Assembly: GCA_028714375.1 (NCBI GenBank)
Contig: JAQTMK010000001.1
Span: 243,636-307,635, forward strand
From: Candidatus Nanoarchaeia archaeon
GTDB lineage: Archaea; Nanobdellota; Nanobdellia; SCGC-AAA011-G17; JACPNG01
Length of the DNA: 64,000 nt
Direction of reading: 5' to 3'
The notes below the pieces were generated by a model that worked only from the letters and a program-made list of their open reading frames with translations, did no database searches and had not been told where the DNA came from. The position numbers and the translations under genes are program-made. Each line of letters begins with the position of its first letter. Within the stretch, counting starts at the first letter, position 1. This document shows, piece after piece, positions 28,165-38,101 of the stretch.

Positions 28165-28989
28165 ATGATTGTCAAAGAAGAATTTTTAAACAAGCTAAGA
28201 AGGTCTTTCAACCTTAACTTATACGAAGCAAGGATTTGGACAGCATTATTGTCCAGAGGAATATCCACTGCTGGAGAACTTTCTGAGATTGGTAATGTAC
28301 CAAGATCAAGAGCATATGATGTTTTAGAATCACTGGAGAAAAAAGGATTTGTGGTTATGAAATTAGGAAAGCCAATCAAATACCTTGCAGTAGATCCTGG
28401 TGAAGTTGTTGACAGAGTCAAGAAAAATGTTAAAATCAAGGCTGACGAAGATACTAAAAAATTAGATAATCTAAAAGGAACTCCGGTTTTGAAAGAACTT
28501 AATACTTTACATAAAGACGGAATCGAATTTGTAGAACCAACAGATTTGTCTGGTGCAATAAGGGGGAGACATAATATCTATACCCATTTGGAATTAATGA
28601 TAAAGAATGCAGAAAAGTCTGTAACATTGATTACTTCTTCAAAAGGATTGTTGAGAAAGTTTGATGCTTTAAAACCAGAGATGGAAAGATTAAAGAAAAA
28701 AGGTGTTGCAATTAAAATTGCTGCTCCAATGACAAAAGAAACTATGCCAATCTTAAAAGATTTGATGAAAGTTGCAGAAGTCAGGGATGCTAAGAATGTA
28801 AATGCAAGATTCTGTATCGTTGATGATAAAGATCTGGTATTTATGGTTTTAGATGACTCAGCTGTCCATCCAACCTATGATGTTGGAGTTTGGATAAATA
28901 CTCCTTTCTTTGCTTCTGCCTTAAATAACTTGTTTGGCGTTGCTTGGAAAGAAATGAAGTCAGCAGACAAGGTTACTTTTAAACCTTAA
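28165..28989 (+). CDS. TrmB-family transcriptional regulator
   Basis: N-terminal wHTH (YEARIWTALLSRGISTAGELSEIGNVPRSRAYDVLESLEKKGFV) plus a C-terminal effector domain, typical of TrmB; AGGAGGA ribosome-binding site upstream. Confidence 0.7.
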   Translation: MIVKEEFLNKLRRSFNLNLYEARIWTALLSRGISTAGELSEIGNVPRSRAYDVLESLEKKGFVVMKLGKPIKYLAVDPGEVVDRVKKNVKIKADEDTKKLDNLKGTPVLKELNTLHKDGIEFVEPTDLSGAIRGRHNIYTHLELMIKNAEKSVTLITSSKGLLRKFDALKPEMERLKKKGVAIKIAAPMTKETMPILKDLMKVAEVRDAKNVNARFCIVDDKDLVFMVLDDSAVHPTYDVGVWINTPFFASALNNLFGVAWKEMKSADKVTFKP

Positions 28990-30019
28990 TTTTTTTCATT
29001 ATTTTTTTTGATCTTTCTTTAATTGTTTGTGATTTTAATTGCTTAAGTTTTGCTGCTTCTGTATAGGGTCTTGGCCCAAACTTTGAAACATTGACTACTT
29101 CTGGTTTTATTTTTTCTATTAATTCCAAAGTTTTCTTGAAATCCTCTTCTGTCTCAGTCGGATAACCCACAATAATATCAGTTGCTATATTTATTCCTTT
29201 TACGCCTTTTCTGAATTTATTAACTAACCCAACAAAATCTCTTACTTTATATTTTCGGTTCATATCTTTTAAAACTTTATCAGAACCAGACTGAACAGGC
29301 ACATGTAAAAATTTGATGACCTTATCATTATTGTATATTTTAATCATATCATCAGCCATATTCAATATAAACTGGGGATTTGCCATCCCAATTCTTATCT
29401 TAAAATCTCCCTTTATTTTTATTATATCACTAAGCAAAGAAACCAGATTTTCATTTATATCAAATCCATAACAGCCAGTATCCTGGGCAGTTAAATATAT
29501 TTTTTTAGCACCACTTTTAACAACTTTTTTTATTTGTTTGACTATATCTTCTTTTTTATAAGATCTTAAATTACCTCTTACATTTTTCACAGCGCAATAA
29601 CCACATCGATTAACACAGCCTTCAGCTATAGGAATAATTGCCAATCCCTCTTCAGGAAATATTTTTAATTTATTTTCTTTTTTTTCTGAAAAGACTATTT
29701 TTTTATTGTCTTTCATCAATTTGATAAATTTAGTAATAGAATTTGTATCAAAAAGACCGTCTGCTTCTATTTTACCTTTTAAAATCTTTGGTAAACATCC
29801 ACCAACATAAACCTTTTTTCCAGATTCTCTTACTCTTTTAATATAACTCAACACCCTGTTCTGGGTTCTATCCTTAACACCGCAGGAGTTAACAATAGCT
29901 ATTTTGGCCTTAGATAAATCATTCACAACCTCAAAACCCTTGCTTCTAAGGAAATTAGCCATGAAATTGCTGTCTGCCTTGTTTAATGCACATCCAAACG
30001 TTTTAATATATATTTTCAT
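28979..30019 (-). CDS. Radical SAM methylthiotransferase (MiaB/MtaB-like tRNA modification enzyme)
   Basis: N-terminal MTTase domain (MKIYIKTFGCALNKADS), radical SAM motif CVNRCGYC, C-terminal TRAM-like region. Start trimmed to M at 30019. Confidence 0.8.
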   Translation of the reverse strand: MKIYIKTFGCALNKADSNFMANFLRSKGFEVVNDLSKAKIAIVNSCGVKDRTQNRVLSYIKRVRESGKKVYVGGCLPKILKGKIEADGLFDTNSITKFIKLMKDNKKIVFSEKKENKLKIFPEEGLAIIPIAEGCVNRCGYCAVKNVRGNLRSYKKEDIVKQIKKVVKSGAKKIYLTAQDTGCYGFDINENLVSLLSDIIKIKGDFKIRIGMANPQFILNMADDMIKIYNNDKVIKFLHVPVQSGSDKVLKDMNRKYKVRDFVGLVNKFRKGVKGINIATDIIVGYPTETEEDFKKTLELIEKIKPEVVNVSKFGPRPYTEAAKLKQLKSQTIKERSKKIMKKIKV

Positions 30020-30116
30020 AACCCCAAAGTCTAAAATAAAATTTATATACCTTCCTATGCTTTTAAGTATACAAATATTTAAAAAACTATCAGATATATA
30101 ATAAAAGGTGATATAA

Positions 30117-30338
30117 ATGCCATTGCAAGAAAAACCCCAATATAAAGACAAAGAAGGGAGTGTCCTTTATGGATTTTCCCAAACACATTTAGAAAAAACA
30201 AATAAACACCTAGGTCAGGTAGTTTTTGGACTAAAGATATTGATAATATTATTTGTTCTGATGCTTGTCGGTACAGCTTTATTGATAGGTTGGATATCCT
30301 ATAATGATGTTGTAACAAGAATTATATACAGGTATTAG
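30117..30338 (+). CDS. Small membrane protein (1 TM), hypothetical
   Basis: 73 aa with hydrophobic LKILIILFVLMLVGTALLIGWI; intergenic position upstream of the RSH gene; overlaps an antisense ORF. Confidence 0.3.
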   Translation: MPLQEKPQYKDKEGSVLYGFSQTHLEKTNKHLGQVVFGLKILIILFVLMLVGTALLIGWISYNDVVTRIIYRY

Positions 30339-30379
30339 TTTTGAATAAATTTATTAATTTTTCTTACCTTTAAAAATAC

Positions 30380-32284
30380 ATGCAACTACGAAATCTTTTA
30401 AGGAAAATAGAATCCTATAACAAAAATGCAGATTTTGAATTAATCAGGAAAGCCTACGAATTTGCAGATAAATACCATAAAAACCTAAAAAGAGCATCAG
30501 GTGAACCTTATATTCAGCATCCGTTAAATGTCGCATTTATCCTTGCAGAATTTAAGATGGATACAGAAAGCATTGTAGCTGCCCTCCTTCATGATACAGT
30601 TGAAGATACTCCCGCCTCCCTTGAAGAGATTGAAAAAGAATTCGGAAAAGAGATTAGGGAATTAGTTGATGGATTGACAAAGCTAAACCAGATAAAATCC
30701 AAGGAAATAAGGGATGCAGAGTCTATAAGAAAATTATTCTTAGCAACCTCTAGTGATATAAGGGTTGTTATAATAAAACTTGCTGACAAATTGCACAACA
30801 TGCGTACTTTAGAATACCTTTCAGAGGAAAGAAGAAAAACCATCGCAGAATCTACTCTTGAAATCTATGCTCCATTGGCCTCCAGATTGGGGATGTATGC
30901 AGTAAAAGCAGAACTGGAGGATTTAGCATTTAAGATGCTGCATCCAGATATCTATGAAACTTTTCTAAAAAAATTCTCAAACACTAAAAAAGAAAGAGAA
31001 AATGATATTAAAAAAATAAAGAATATTATTGAGAAAAAACTTGAGGAACAAAAAATTCCTGCAAGAATTTTTGGAAGACCAAAACACATTTATAGTTTAT
31101 ATAAGAAAATGATTCAGAAGAAAAGAACCTTCGAAGAGATTTATGACTTGGTTGGTCTTAGAATCATAACTGATAATGTAAAACACTGCTATGAAATTTT
31201 GGGGATAATACACAATGAATGGACTCCAATCCCAAAAGAATTTTCAGATTATATTGCAATGCCAAAACAAAACAGGTATCAAAGTCTTCATACTGCAGTT
31301 ATGGCTCTTAATCAACCAGTTGAATTTCAGATTAGAACCGAAGAAATGGATAAAGTAGCAGAAGAAGGAGTTGCTGCCCACTGGAAATATAAAGGACTTG
31401 AAATTAAAGATAAAAGTTTTGATAAAAAATTATTATGGCTTAGAGAATTATTGAGAATAAAAAAAGAAAAACTTCCAACCCAGGAATTTAATGATTTCTT
31501 AAAAACAGATTTATTTGGGGATGAGATATATGTCTTTACCCCAAAATCCGAGGTCATAGCTCTTCCAAAAGGCTCAACCCCCATAGATTTTGCATATGCA
31601 ATTCACACAGATCTTGGGGATAGATGTACTGGAGCAATTGTTAATGGGAGAATTGTTTCACTAAGGCACGAACTAAAACACGGGGATATTGTGAAGATAT
31701 TAGCTCAAAAAGAACCAAAACCAAAGATGGACTGGCTAAAAATTGTAAAGACAACAAAGGCAATATCAAAAATAAGGAAATTCTTTAGAGAACACGAAAA
31801 AATATTAGTATCAAAACCAAAGAAGACAGAGGCAATTAAAGAAGAAATATCAAAGTCATTATTTATTGTTGATAATATGGCATATAAAACAAAAATTGCT
31901 CAATGCTGCAACCCTCTTCCAGCCAACAAGGTTGTTGCTTATCTTAATGGGAGAATATATACAGTGCATAATGAAAATTGTAGCTCTCTTGATAGCAAGG
32001 ATAAATCCAAGATTAAGCCATGTTCCTGGAATAATATTAAAAATTTTGAATTAACTCTGAATATTTTAGTTAAAGAAAGAATTGGAGTTTTAGCAGATAT
32101 AATAAACACAATTGCATCAACAGAAACAAGCATACTCAAAGCTGTTGCAAAAAAACCAGTAAAAGAAAGGGCCCAGATTATGATAACAATTAATTTTGAG
32201 GATTTGGAACATCTAAAAGAAATCATCTCAAGAATACAAAAACTTATGGGCGTAATTTCAATAGGCTTAGAACCTAAATTTTAA
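30380..32284 (+). CDS. Long RelA/SpoT homologue: (p)ppGpp synthetase/hydrolase with HD, synthetase, TGS and ACT domains
   Basis: HD hydrolase motif HPLNVAFIL...AALLHDTVEDT; synthetase motifs GRPKHIYSLYKKM...YDLVGLRIIT...YQSLHTAV; TGS (GSTPIDFAYAIHTDLGDRC...NGRIVSL) and a C-terminal ACT-like region. 634 aa. Confidence 0.85.
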   Translation: MQLRNLLRKIESYNKNADFELIRKAYEFADKYHKNLKRASGEPYIQHPLNVAFILAEFKMDTESIVAALLHDTVEDTPASLEEIEKEFGKEIRELVDGLTKLNQIKSKEIRDAESIRKLFLATSSDIRVVIIKLADKLHNMRTLEYLSEERRKTIAESTLEIYAPLASRLGMYAVKAELEDLAFKMLHPDIYETFLKKFSNTKKERENDIKKIKNIIEKKLEEQKIPARIFGRPKHIYSLYKKMIQKKRTFEEIYDLVGLRIITDNVKHCYEILGIIHNEWTPIPKEFSDYIAMPKQNRYQSLHTAVMALNQPVEFQIRTEEMDKVAEEGVAAHWKYKGLEIKDKSFDKKLLWLRELLRIKKEKLPTQEFNDFLKTDLFGDEIYVFTPKSEVIALPKGSTPIDFAYAIHTDLGDRCTGAIVNGRIVSLRHELKHGDIVKILAQKEPKPKMDWLKIVKTTKAISKIRKFFREHEKILVSKPKKTEAIKEEISKSLFIVDNMAYKTKIAQCCNPLPANKVVAYLNGRIYTVHNENCSSLDSKDKSKIKPCSWNNIKNFELTLNILVKERIGVLADIINTIASTETSILKAVAKKPVKERAQIMITINFEDLEHLKEIISRIQKLMGVISIGLEPKF

Positions 32285-33374
32285 GGAATTTTTTTCTAAA
32301 ACTATTTGCAAACTTTCTTATAAAACCAGCTTTGAGATATAATGCGTGTTCTGGACACGCCTCAATACAGCAAAAACACCTTATACATTTTTTTGTATCA
32401 ACAGTAGGATAGGGATTTAATGTTATTGCCTGTTTAGGACATTTTCTCATACACACACCACATTTTATACATTTATCTTCACGGACAGTTATTTTTTCCT
32501 GTGGAATAAACATATTTATTATTCCAAGTATCTTCCTTGTAGAAAGTCCTGGAGGTTTTTTATAGTGAGTATGATGCATCTCCCCCTTTATCTCTATCTT
32601 TTCTGTGAATAATTTCTGTTCAAGTATTAGTTTGTTTGTTGGAACATCTTTTCTTTTCCATCCTATTATGTCTGTGACTAAAAGATCAATTGCAAACTGG
32701 GAATTGGATGCCAAGATTAATCCAGTGTGTTTTGCATCTCCTGCAGCAGGACCTTCTCCTTCCATTCCAATTACAGCATCAACAAGAGTTAAATCTGGCT
32801 TTACAATTTTATTTAGGTCAAGAAGTAATTGTGCAAATTCTTTTTCAGTTGGAGCATAGGCATGCAATTGTTGTTTTTTTGTCCCAGGGATTACCCCATA
32901 CATATTTTTTATTGCGCACGTCAATTTCATCAACGAATGTGTTTTTAATCTTGGAACATTGATTACATAATCTGCCTTAAATAATATCTCAGGCAAGTCT
33001 AACTCTTTTATAATCTTCCCGCCAGGAATCTTGACTTTTACAGATTTGACTTTTTCAAAATTAATGACTGTAGCATTATATTTTTTTGCTACGCCCAATA
33101 CCCCAGATTTTTCTATTGCTAAATCAGTATTTTGAAGAGAAGAGTCTCCAATTATAATTTTATTTTTATTTTCTTTTAGAACTCTGCATAAAGCATCAAT
33201 TATCGCAGGATTTGTAACAACTAAATGTCCTTTTCTGTATGCCCCTAATAAATTTGGTTTAATCAGAACGGTTTTTCCGTGAGGCAAAGTAAAATTACTT
33301 AAAATTTTATTTATAGCTTTATCAATTTTGTCTTGTTTATAACTTTCACAATTAACTATAAATACCTCAACCAT
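32274..33374 (-). CDS. DUF362-domain protein with C-terminal 2x[4Fe-4S] ferredoxin motifs
   Basis: CIKCGVCMRKCP and CIRCFCCIEACP cluster-binding motifs at the C-terminus. Confidence 0.65.
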   Translation of the reverse strand: MVEVFIVNCESYKQDKIDKAINKILSNFTLPHGKTVLIKPNLLGAYRKGHLVVTNPAIIDALCRVLKENKNKIIIGDSSLQNTDLAIEKSGVLGVAKKYNATVINFEKVKSVKVKIPGGKIIKELDLPEILFKADYVINVPRLKTHSLMKLTCAIKNMYGVIPGTKKQQLHAYAPTEKEFAQLLLDLNKIVKPDLTLVDAVIGMEGEGPAAGDAKHTGLILASNSQFAIDLLVTDIIGWKRKDVPTNKLILEQKLFTEKIEIKGEMHHTHYKKPPGLSTRKILGIINMFIPQEKITVREDKCIKCGVCMRKCPKQAITLNPYPTVDTKKCIRCFCCIEACPEHALYLKAGFIRKFANSFRKKFLKI

Positions 33375-33411
33375 TTAGTTAATTTATTTTATCAATATTT
33401 AAAGATTTTGA

Positions 33412-34095
33412 TTACTTTTGAATAAGCCTTACTCTTTTTACTATGAGTTTACCAACATTTTTATTTTCCATAATAATATTAGAATCTTCTATACTTAATC
33501 TATTTTTAAAAATTGGGCCATCAACCACCAAGGTCTCAGCCTCCCCCCCTTCAAAAGCAACATTCATTTTAGTTATTTTTTCTATTTTGCTTAATTTTTC
33601 CACTTCTTTTTCATCGATTACAATTCCAAGCCATGATTTATCCAACCCTTCTGCAGAGACGCTGGTGATAATAAATTTAAAACCATCTTTTACCATGCTT
33701 CTTAATAATCCAAGCTGATCCTTGCCCCAGAGAGGATTGATGCATGAAACTTTTAGATTGTCGCATATGTCCTGAATTCTTTTGGACTGATACGCAGAAG
33801 CAATCGCACCAGTAACAACCCCATCAATATTATATTTAATTATTGCTTCTTTAATCGCTTCAGCGAGATCTTTAAGTTCCTCTTCTTTTACCCCTTCAGT
33901 TTTGTATTGGATGATTGGAATTTCCATCGCTCTTGCCTGAATCTTGGTAAGATTTATATTTGGGGTATGGAACATATAGCTTTCTTTGTTTTTAGAAATA
34001 ATTGAAATTAAGCAAACAATCTCGTGTTCTTTCATGGCCTTAAATAAAGCATAACACGAATCTTTCCCGCCTGAAAATAAAACTCCAACTCTCAT
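33412..34095 (-). CDS. PP-loop ATP pyrophosphatase (diphthine-ammonia ligase/MJ0570-like)
   Basis: VLFSGGKDS PP-loop at the trimmed N-terminus (M at 34095); central core ...VSGAIASAYQ... Confidence 0.65.
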   Translation of the reverse strand: MRVGVLFSGGKDSCYALFKAMKEHEIVCLISIISKNKESYMFHTPNINLTKIQARAMEIPIIQYKTEGVKEEELKDLAEAIKEAIIKYNIDGVVTGAIASAYQSKRIQDICDNLKVSCINPLWGKDQLGLLRSMVKDGFKFIITSVSAEGLDKSWLGIVIDEKEVEKLSKIEKITKMNVAFEGGEAETLVVDGPIFKNRLSIEDSNIIMENKNVGKLIVKRVRLIQK

Positions 34096-34135
34096 AACTT
34101 TAACTAAAAGGTTTAATTTAAAAAGGTTTTTACAA

Positions 34136-35470
34136 CTATTTATGATATTCAACCAATTGTTTGATGCTTCTTACTGCAGTCTCAGGGTAATCAAAACAGA
34201 CAATTCCTCTTGACTCCAGAATTCTTTTGATTTTTTCAGTTGGAGATCCTCCTGTAGAGGCGACAATAATTGGTTTTTTATTTTTATATTTAGAAATAAC
34301 ATTAACAATGTTTGGAGTTAGTAATGGAGTTTGATAGTCAAGAGTTATTAGGATAATGTCTATGTTTTTATCTTTGACAGCATATTCCAAAGCCAGACCA
34401 TATCTTTCATCTGTTGCATCACCAATCAAATCCATTGGATTATCAACAATGACAAGTTTTGGGAATTTCTCCTTTAGTTTTTTCTTGGTTTCACTGCTAA
34501 GCTCAGCTAATTTAAGACCATATTTGATTATATTATCTGTGCCAAGAATACCAAATCCTCCGCCGTTTGTAATTGTTAGTATCCTATCTCCTTTTGGTTT
34601 TATACTTTTTTCTAAAAGTCTGGAATAATTAAACATATCCTCTAAATTCTCAGCATAAACAGTTCCTGCCTGTTTAAATGCTCCAAGGTAAACTCTTGGA
34701 TCTCCAGCTAATGCTCCTGTGTGACTTAACGTAGCTTTGTTTCCTTCATGGGTTAACCCTCCCTTGAGCACAATAACTGGTTTTTTGATGTTCTTGCAAA
34801 TCTCTAAACATTTTTTCCCATCCTTAACAGCTTCAATATAAACACATATGACTTTAGTGTTTTTGTCTTTTCCAAGATAATCCAAGTAATCTACCGAATC
34901 TAAATTTGTAGCATTACCAAAGCTTATGAACTTACTGACTCCATAATTTTTAGAAGCCATAAGATCCAAAATCGCTCCACCAATCGCTCCAGACTGACAT
35001 ATAAAACTTATACCTCCTTTCCCAGGCCTTTGAACTCTCTCAGAAGGTAAGAATATAGCATCAATTCCAGAATAAGCATCGTAAATTCCTAGACAATTAA
35101 CTCCAACAGCCTTGATATTTCTCTGATCTAATTCTTCTTTGAGTTTTAATTCTAGTTTATCATTCCCAATTTCTTTAAAACCAGCAGAAATAATTACCAC
35201 ATTCTTACAGTTTACAGAGGGCATCTCTTTAATAATATCTATTACAAAAGCAGCAGGAACTGCAATCACAGTCAGATCTATTTTTTTGTTTATATCTGAA
35301 AGTTTCTTGTATATCTTATTTCCATACAATGAATTAACATTAGGATTAACTCCGTACACATCCCCTTTAAAATTCCTGAGTAATTGATTGAATAAAATTG
35401 CTCCAACCTTGTTTGGTTCTCTTGATACTCCAACAACAGCTATTGACTTAGCTTCAAAGAAATTTTTCAA
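34136..35470 (-). CDS. ADP-forming acyl-CoA synthetase alpha-type subunit (CoA-binding / succinyl-CoA synthetase-like)
   Basis: N-terminal CoA-binding Rossmann (SIAVVGVSREPNKVG), the GILG... ligase-CoA domain, and a conserved His region (SHTGALAG). Confidence 0.75.
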   Translation of the reverse strand: MKNFFEAKSIAVVGVSREPNKVGAILFNQLLRNFKGDVYGVNPNVNSLYGNKIYKKLSDINKKIDLTVIAVPAAFVIDIIKEMPSVNCKNVVIISAGFKEIGNDKLELKLKEELDQRNIKAVGVNCLGIYDAYSGIDAIFLPSERVQRPGKGGISFICQSGAIGGAILDLMASKNYGVSKFISFGNATNLDSVDYLDYLGKDKNTKVICVYIEAVKDGKKCLEICKNIKKPVIVLKGGLTHEGNKATLSHTGALAGDPRVYLGAFKQAGTVYAENLEDMFNYSRLLEKSIKPKGDRILTITNGGGFGILGTDNIIKYGLKLAELSSETKKKLKEKFPKLVIVDNPMDLIGDATDERYGLALEYAVKDKNIDIILITLDYQTPLLTPNIVNVISKYKNKKPIIVASTGGSPTEKIKRILESRGIVCFDYPETAVRSIKQLVEYHK

Positions 35471-35501
35471 TTAACACCAATCACCTCAGAATAAAGATAA
35501 T

Positions 35502-35750
35502 CTATTTCTTTTTATTCTTTTTGGATTTTTCCAAAGCTTCATCAATTGCTTCTTTATCAAAACCAACAATGATTTCCCCATCAATATCAATGACCGGAAC
35601 TCCCATCTGTCCTGATTTTTCAATCATTTCTCTGGCTTTTTCTCTGTCTTCTCCAACATTAAATTCATTAAATTTTACGCCTTTTTCCTTTAGGTAAGCC
35701 TTTACTCTATGACACCACGGACACATATCTGTGGAATAGATGTTTATCAT
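35502..35750 (-). CDS. Glutaredoxin-like small redox protein
   Basis: 82 aa; CPWC active site, GVPVIDIDGEIIVGFD thioredoxin-fold C-terminus. Confidence 0.8.
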   Translation of the reverse strand: MINIYSTDMCPWCHRVKAYLKEKGVKFNEFNVGEDREKAREMIEKSGQMGVPVIDIDGEIIVGFDKEAIDEALEKSKKNKKK

Positions 35751-35767
35751 TTTTAAATCACCAAAAT

Positions 35768-36385
35768 TTAACCATGGTTAACATTATTTAAAAGTTTTGA
35801 ATTAACTAAAACAAGAAATAAACATATCAAGATAATATCCATAATCATCTCAGTAAATATGCTGTAAAAGAAAGTTTCTGGGAACATGACTATCAGATTG
35901 TCTTTTAGGGGATCAAGTATCCACAAATTATTGCTGAAAAAAAGCTCATGAAATTTGATAAATAAACTTGAAAAGTCAAAAATCAAAAATAAAAACAAAA
36001 TAAAAAATACAGTCAAGACAGAAAACCATAAGGAATTTTTTAATAATCTAAATTCTTTTTTCTTGATAAAATAAATTATATAAAAAACAATAAAAATCAA
36101 GCATAGATAAAACAAAACATTGGCAGCAACAATTAAATCTTTGACATCTTTTAGGTGCAATTTTTCTTTTTCATTGAAGAATTTAGTATCTAACTCTCCC
36201 TTTCCCTGCAAGTAATTTATCAAGTTATTATTTTCTTCAATAACCTTTTCTTTTCCAAAAGAATCATAAACCCCATTTTTGTCAAACTGTTTATCATAAA
36301 AATTTTCATTAAAAACCTCAAATTTAAATCCTAACAAGAATATAAATAAAACTGCAAAAATAATAAAATCTATTTTTAGCTTCAT
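35768..36385 (-). CDS. Integral membrane protein (DUF1461-like), hypothetical
   Basis: 205 aa with several hydrophobic helices. Confidence 0.5.
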   Translation of the reverse strand: MKLKIDFIIFAVLFIFLLGFKFEVFNENFYDKQFDKNGVYDSFGKEKVIEENNNLINYLQGKGELDTKFFNEKEKLHLKDVKDLIVAANVLFYLCLIFIVFYIIYFIKKKEFRLLKNSLWFSVLTVFFILFLFLIFDFSSLFIKFHELFFSNNLWILDPLKDNLIVMFPETFFYSIFTEMIMDIILICLFLVLVNSKLLNNVNHG

Positions 36386-37581
36386 CCTAATATTTTTGTG
36401 ACCTGTTTAAATCCATCAACTAATTTATTAGCGTCTTCTTCATTATTGTATAAATATAATGAAGCTCTTACGCTGCCTTTAATATTGTGTTTGTTAAACC
36501 ATGAATGCACGCAGTGTTGTCCAGACCTCATCATTATCTTTTTAGAATGATCTAACAATAAAGCAATCTGATGCACATCTTTGTTTTTATAGTTAAATGA
36601 AGTGATACCCGGCCTTAATCCAACATCTTCAGGACCAAGGATACTAACTCCCTCAATATTTCTTAATCCATCATCAATTATCTGATTTACTTTTAATTCC
36701 TGTTTCACAATATTGTCCATTCCAACTTTTCTTAGATATCTACATGCTTCTCCAAAACCAATTATTCCAGAATAATGTTGTAATCCTGCTTCAAATCTGT
36801 TTGGAACTTTTTCTATTTCATAACTGTTATAAGTGGAATTTGTTACAGTTTCTCCTCCAAGAATAAACTGTTCCATCTTATCTAAAATTTCTTCTTTCCC
36901 ATACAACATCCCTATACCTGTTGGACCTAACATTTTATGACCAGAACATGCAAACAAGTCAACATCCAATTTTTTAAGATCAATTTCTTTGTGTGGTGCA
37001 GACTGTGCTCCATCTAACATCGTTAAAGCTCCATTCTCATGCGCTATTTTGATTATTTCTTTTGCAGGGATGGTTGAACCATCTAAATTAGAAGTATGAA
37101 CCATGGATACTAGTTTGACATCTCTATTCATTTTTTCCTTAAACTCTTCCAAATCAAAAATCCCATCTTTGCTTCCAATAGTAGTGTGTTTTAATCCGTT
37201 TTTCTTGCATAATCTTATAACCGGTACTAAGTTTGAATTATGTTCTTTGTCTGTTGTGATTATTCCGCCGTTTATCTTTAATCCATTATAAACTAGATTT
37301 AATGATTCAGTAGTATTTTTAGAAAAAACAATCTGATCCTCTTTTTTTATATTAAGTAATTTTTGTATTTCCTTTCTTGCATTTAAAACTTCTTCATCAA
37401 CCTTTTTACTTATACTATGCATTCCTCTCCCACCACATCCAGGATACTCTTTGTAGTATTCATTTATTTTGTCTATTACTTGAATTGGTTTTAAACTCAT
37501 GCAGGCAGAATCCAAATAGGTAACTTTATTCAAAATTGGAAAATCCTGCCTTATCTTGTCAAAGTTCATAGAATTAAACAA
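36382..37581 (-). CDS. Cysteine desulfurase (SufS/NifS-type, class V aminotransferase)
   Basis: PLP-lysine region ACSGHKMLGPTGIGMLYG and a C-terminal catalytic Cys loop (RSGQHC). Confidence 0.85.
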   Translation of the reverse strand: MFNSMNFDKIRQDFPILNKVTYLDSACMSLKPIQVIDKINEYYKEYPGCGGRGMHSISKKVDEEVLNARKEIQKLLNIKKEDQIVFSKNTTESLNLVYNGLKINGGIITTDKEHNSNLVPVIRLCKKNGLKHTTIGSKDGIFDLEEFKEKMNRDVKLVSMVHTSNLDGSTIPAKEIIKIAHENGALTMLDGAQSAPHKEIDLKKLDVDLFACSGHKMLGPTGIGMLYGKEEILDKMEQFILGGETVTNSTYNSYEIEKVPNRFEAGLQHYSGIIGFGEACRYLRKVGMDNIVKQELKVNQIIDDGLRNIEGVSILGPEDVGLRPGITSFNYKNKDVHQIALLLDHSKKIMMRSGQHCVHSWFNKHNIKGSVRASLYLYNNEEDANKLVDGFKQVTKILG

Positions 37582-37603
37582 AATATAAAATTAATAAAGG
37601 TTT

Positions 37604-38050
37604 CTAAGGAACACATTGTCCATCTAAACAAGTACATTCCCCTTCTGGACAAGTACAATCTCCATCAATAGTACATTCACAATCAACATCCTCAGGATAG
37701 GTAGCTGGATTAAATATACATATATCATCCGAATCTGGACCATTACAGTTACCATGTGCAATTAAATTGTAAGCACCGATTCCAGAATAAATCAAACTTC
37801 CAATTAATAATATCAAAAAGAACCAGGAAAATACTTCAAAATGTTTGTATGTAAATGCAGCAACCTTAGGACTTTTCTTCATTAGTCTTCCTGTTATCTG
37901 TCCCTTTAATCTTTCATCCAATCCAGTTGTGCAGGGTCTGAATGTAATTCTTTTGAAAACACACTCAAAAGATTCTTTTGCAATAGTTCTGTATCTAACA
38001 GAAAAAATACCTAATATTCCAAACACAACCATTGCAATTACGCATATCAT
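37604..38050 (-). CDS. Membrane protein with a Cys-rich extracytoplasmic tail
   Basis: Two TM helices, then CNGPDSDDIC...CECTIDGDCTCPEGECTCLDGQC. Confidence 0.5.
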   Translation of the reverse strand: MICVIAMVVFGILGIFSVRYRTIAKESFECVFKRITFRPCTTGLDERLKGQITGRLMKKSPKVAAFTYKHFEVFSWFFLILLIGSLIYSGIGAYNLIAHGNCNGPDSDDICIFNPATYPEDVDCECTIDGDCTCPEGECTCLDGQCVP

Positions 38051-38101
38051 ATTTAATCTTCCTTTTTAATTATTTATAAACTTTATTAAAAAAAGAAAAA
38101 A

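Noticed and set aside
28077-28439. 120-aa minus-strand ORF overlapping the TrmB-family regulator start
   Set aside because: It overlaps a well-supported plus-strand gene that has a ribosome-binding site and has no motif of its own; considered spurious.
30079-30318. 79-aa minus-strand ORF mutually overlapping the 30117-30338 plus-strand ORF and the MiaB-like N-terminal extension
   Set aside because: Only one of the overlapping small ORFs can be real; the plus-strand membrane-like one was kept at low confidence and the MiaB start was trimmed to 30019.
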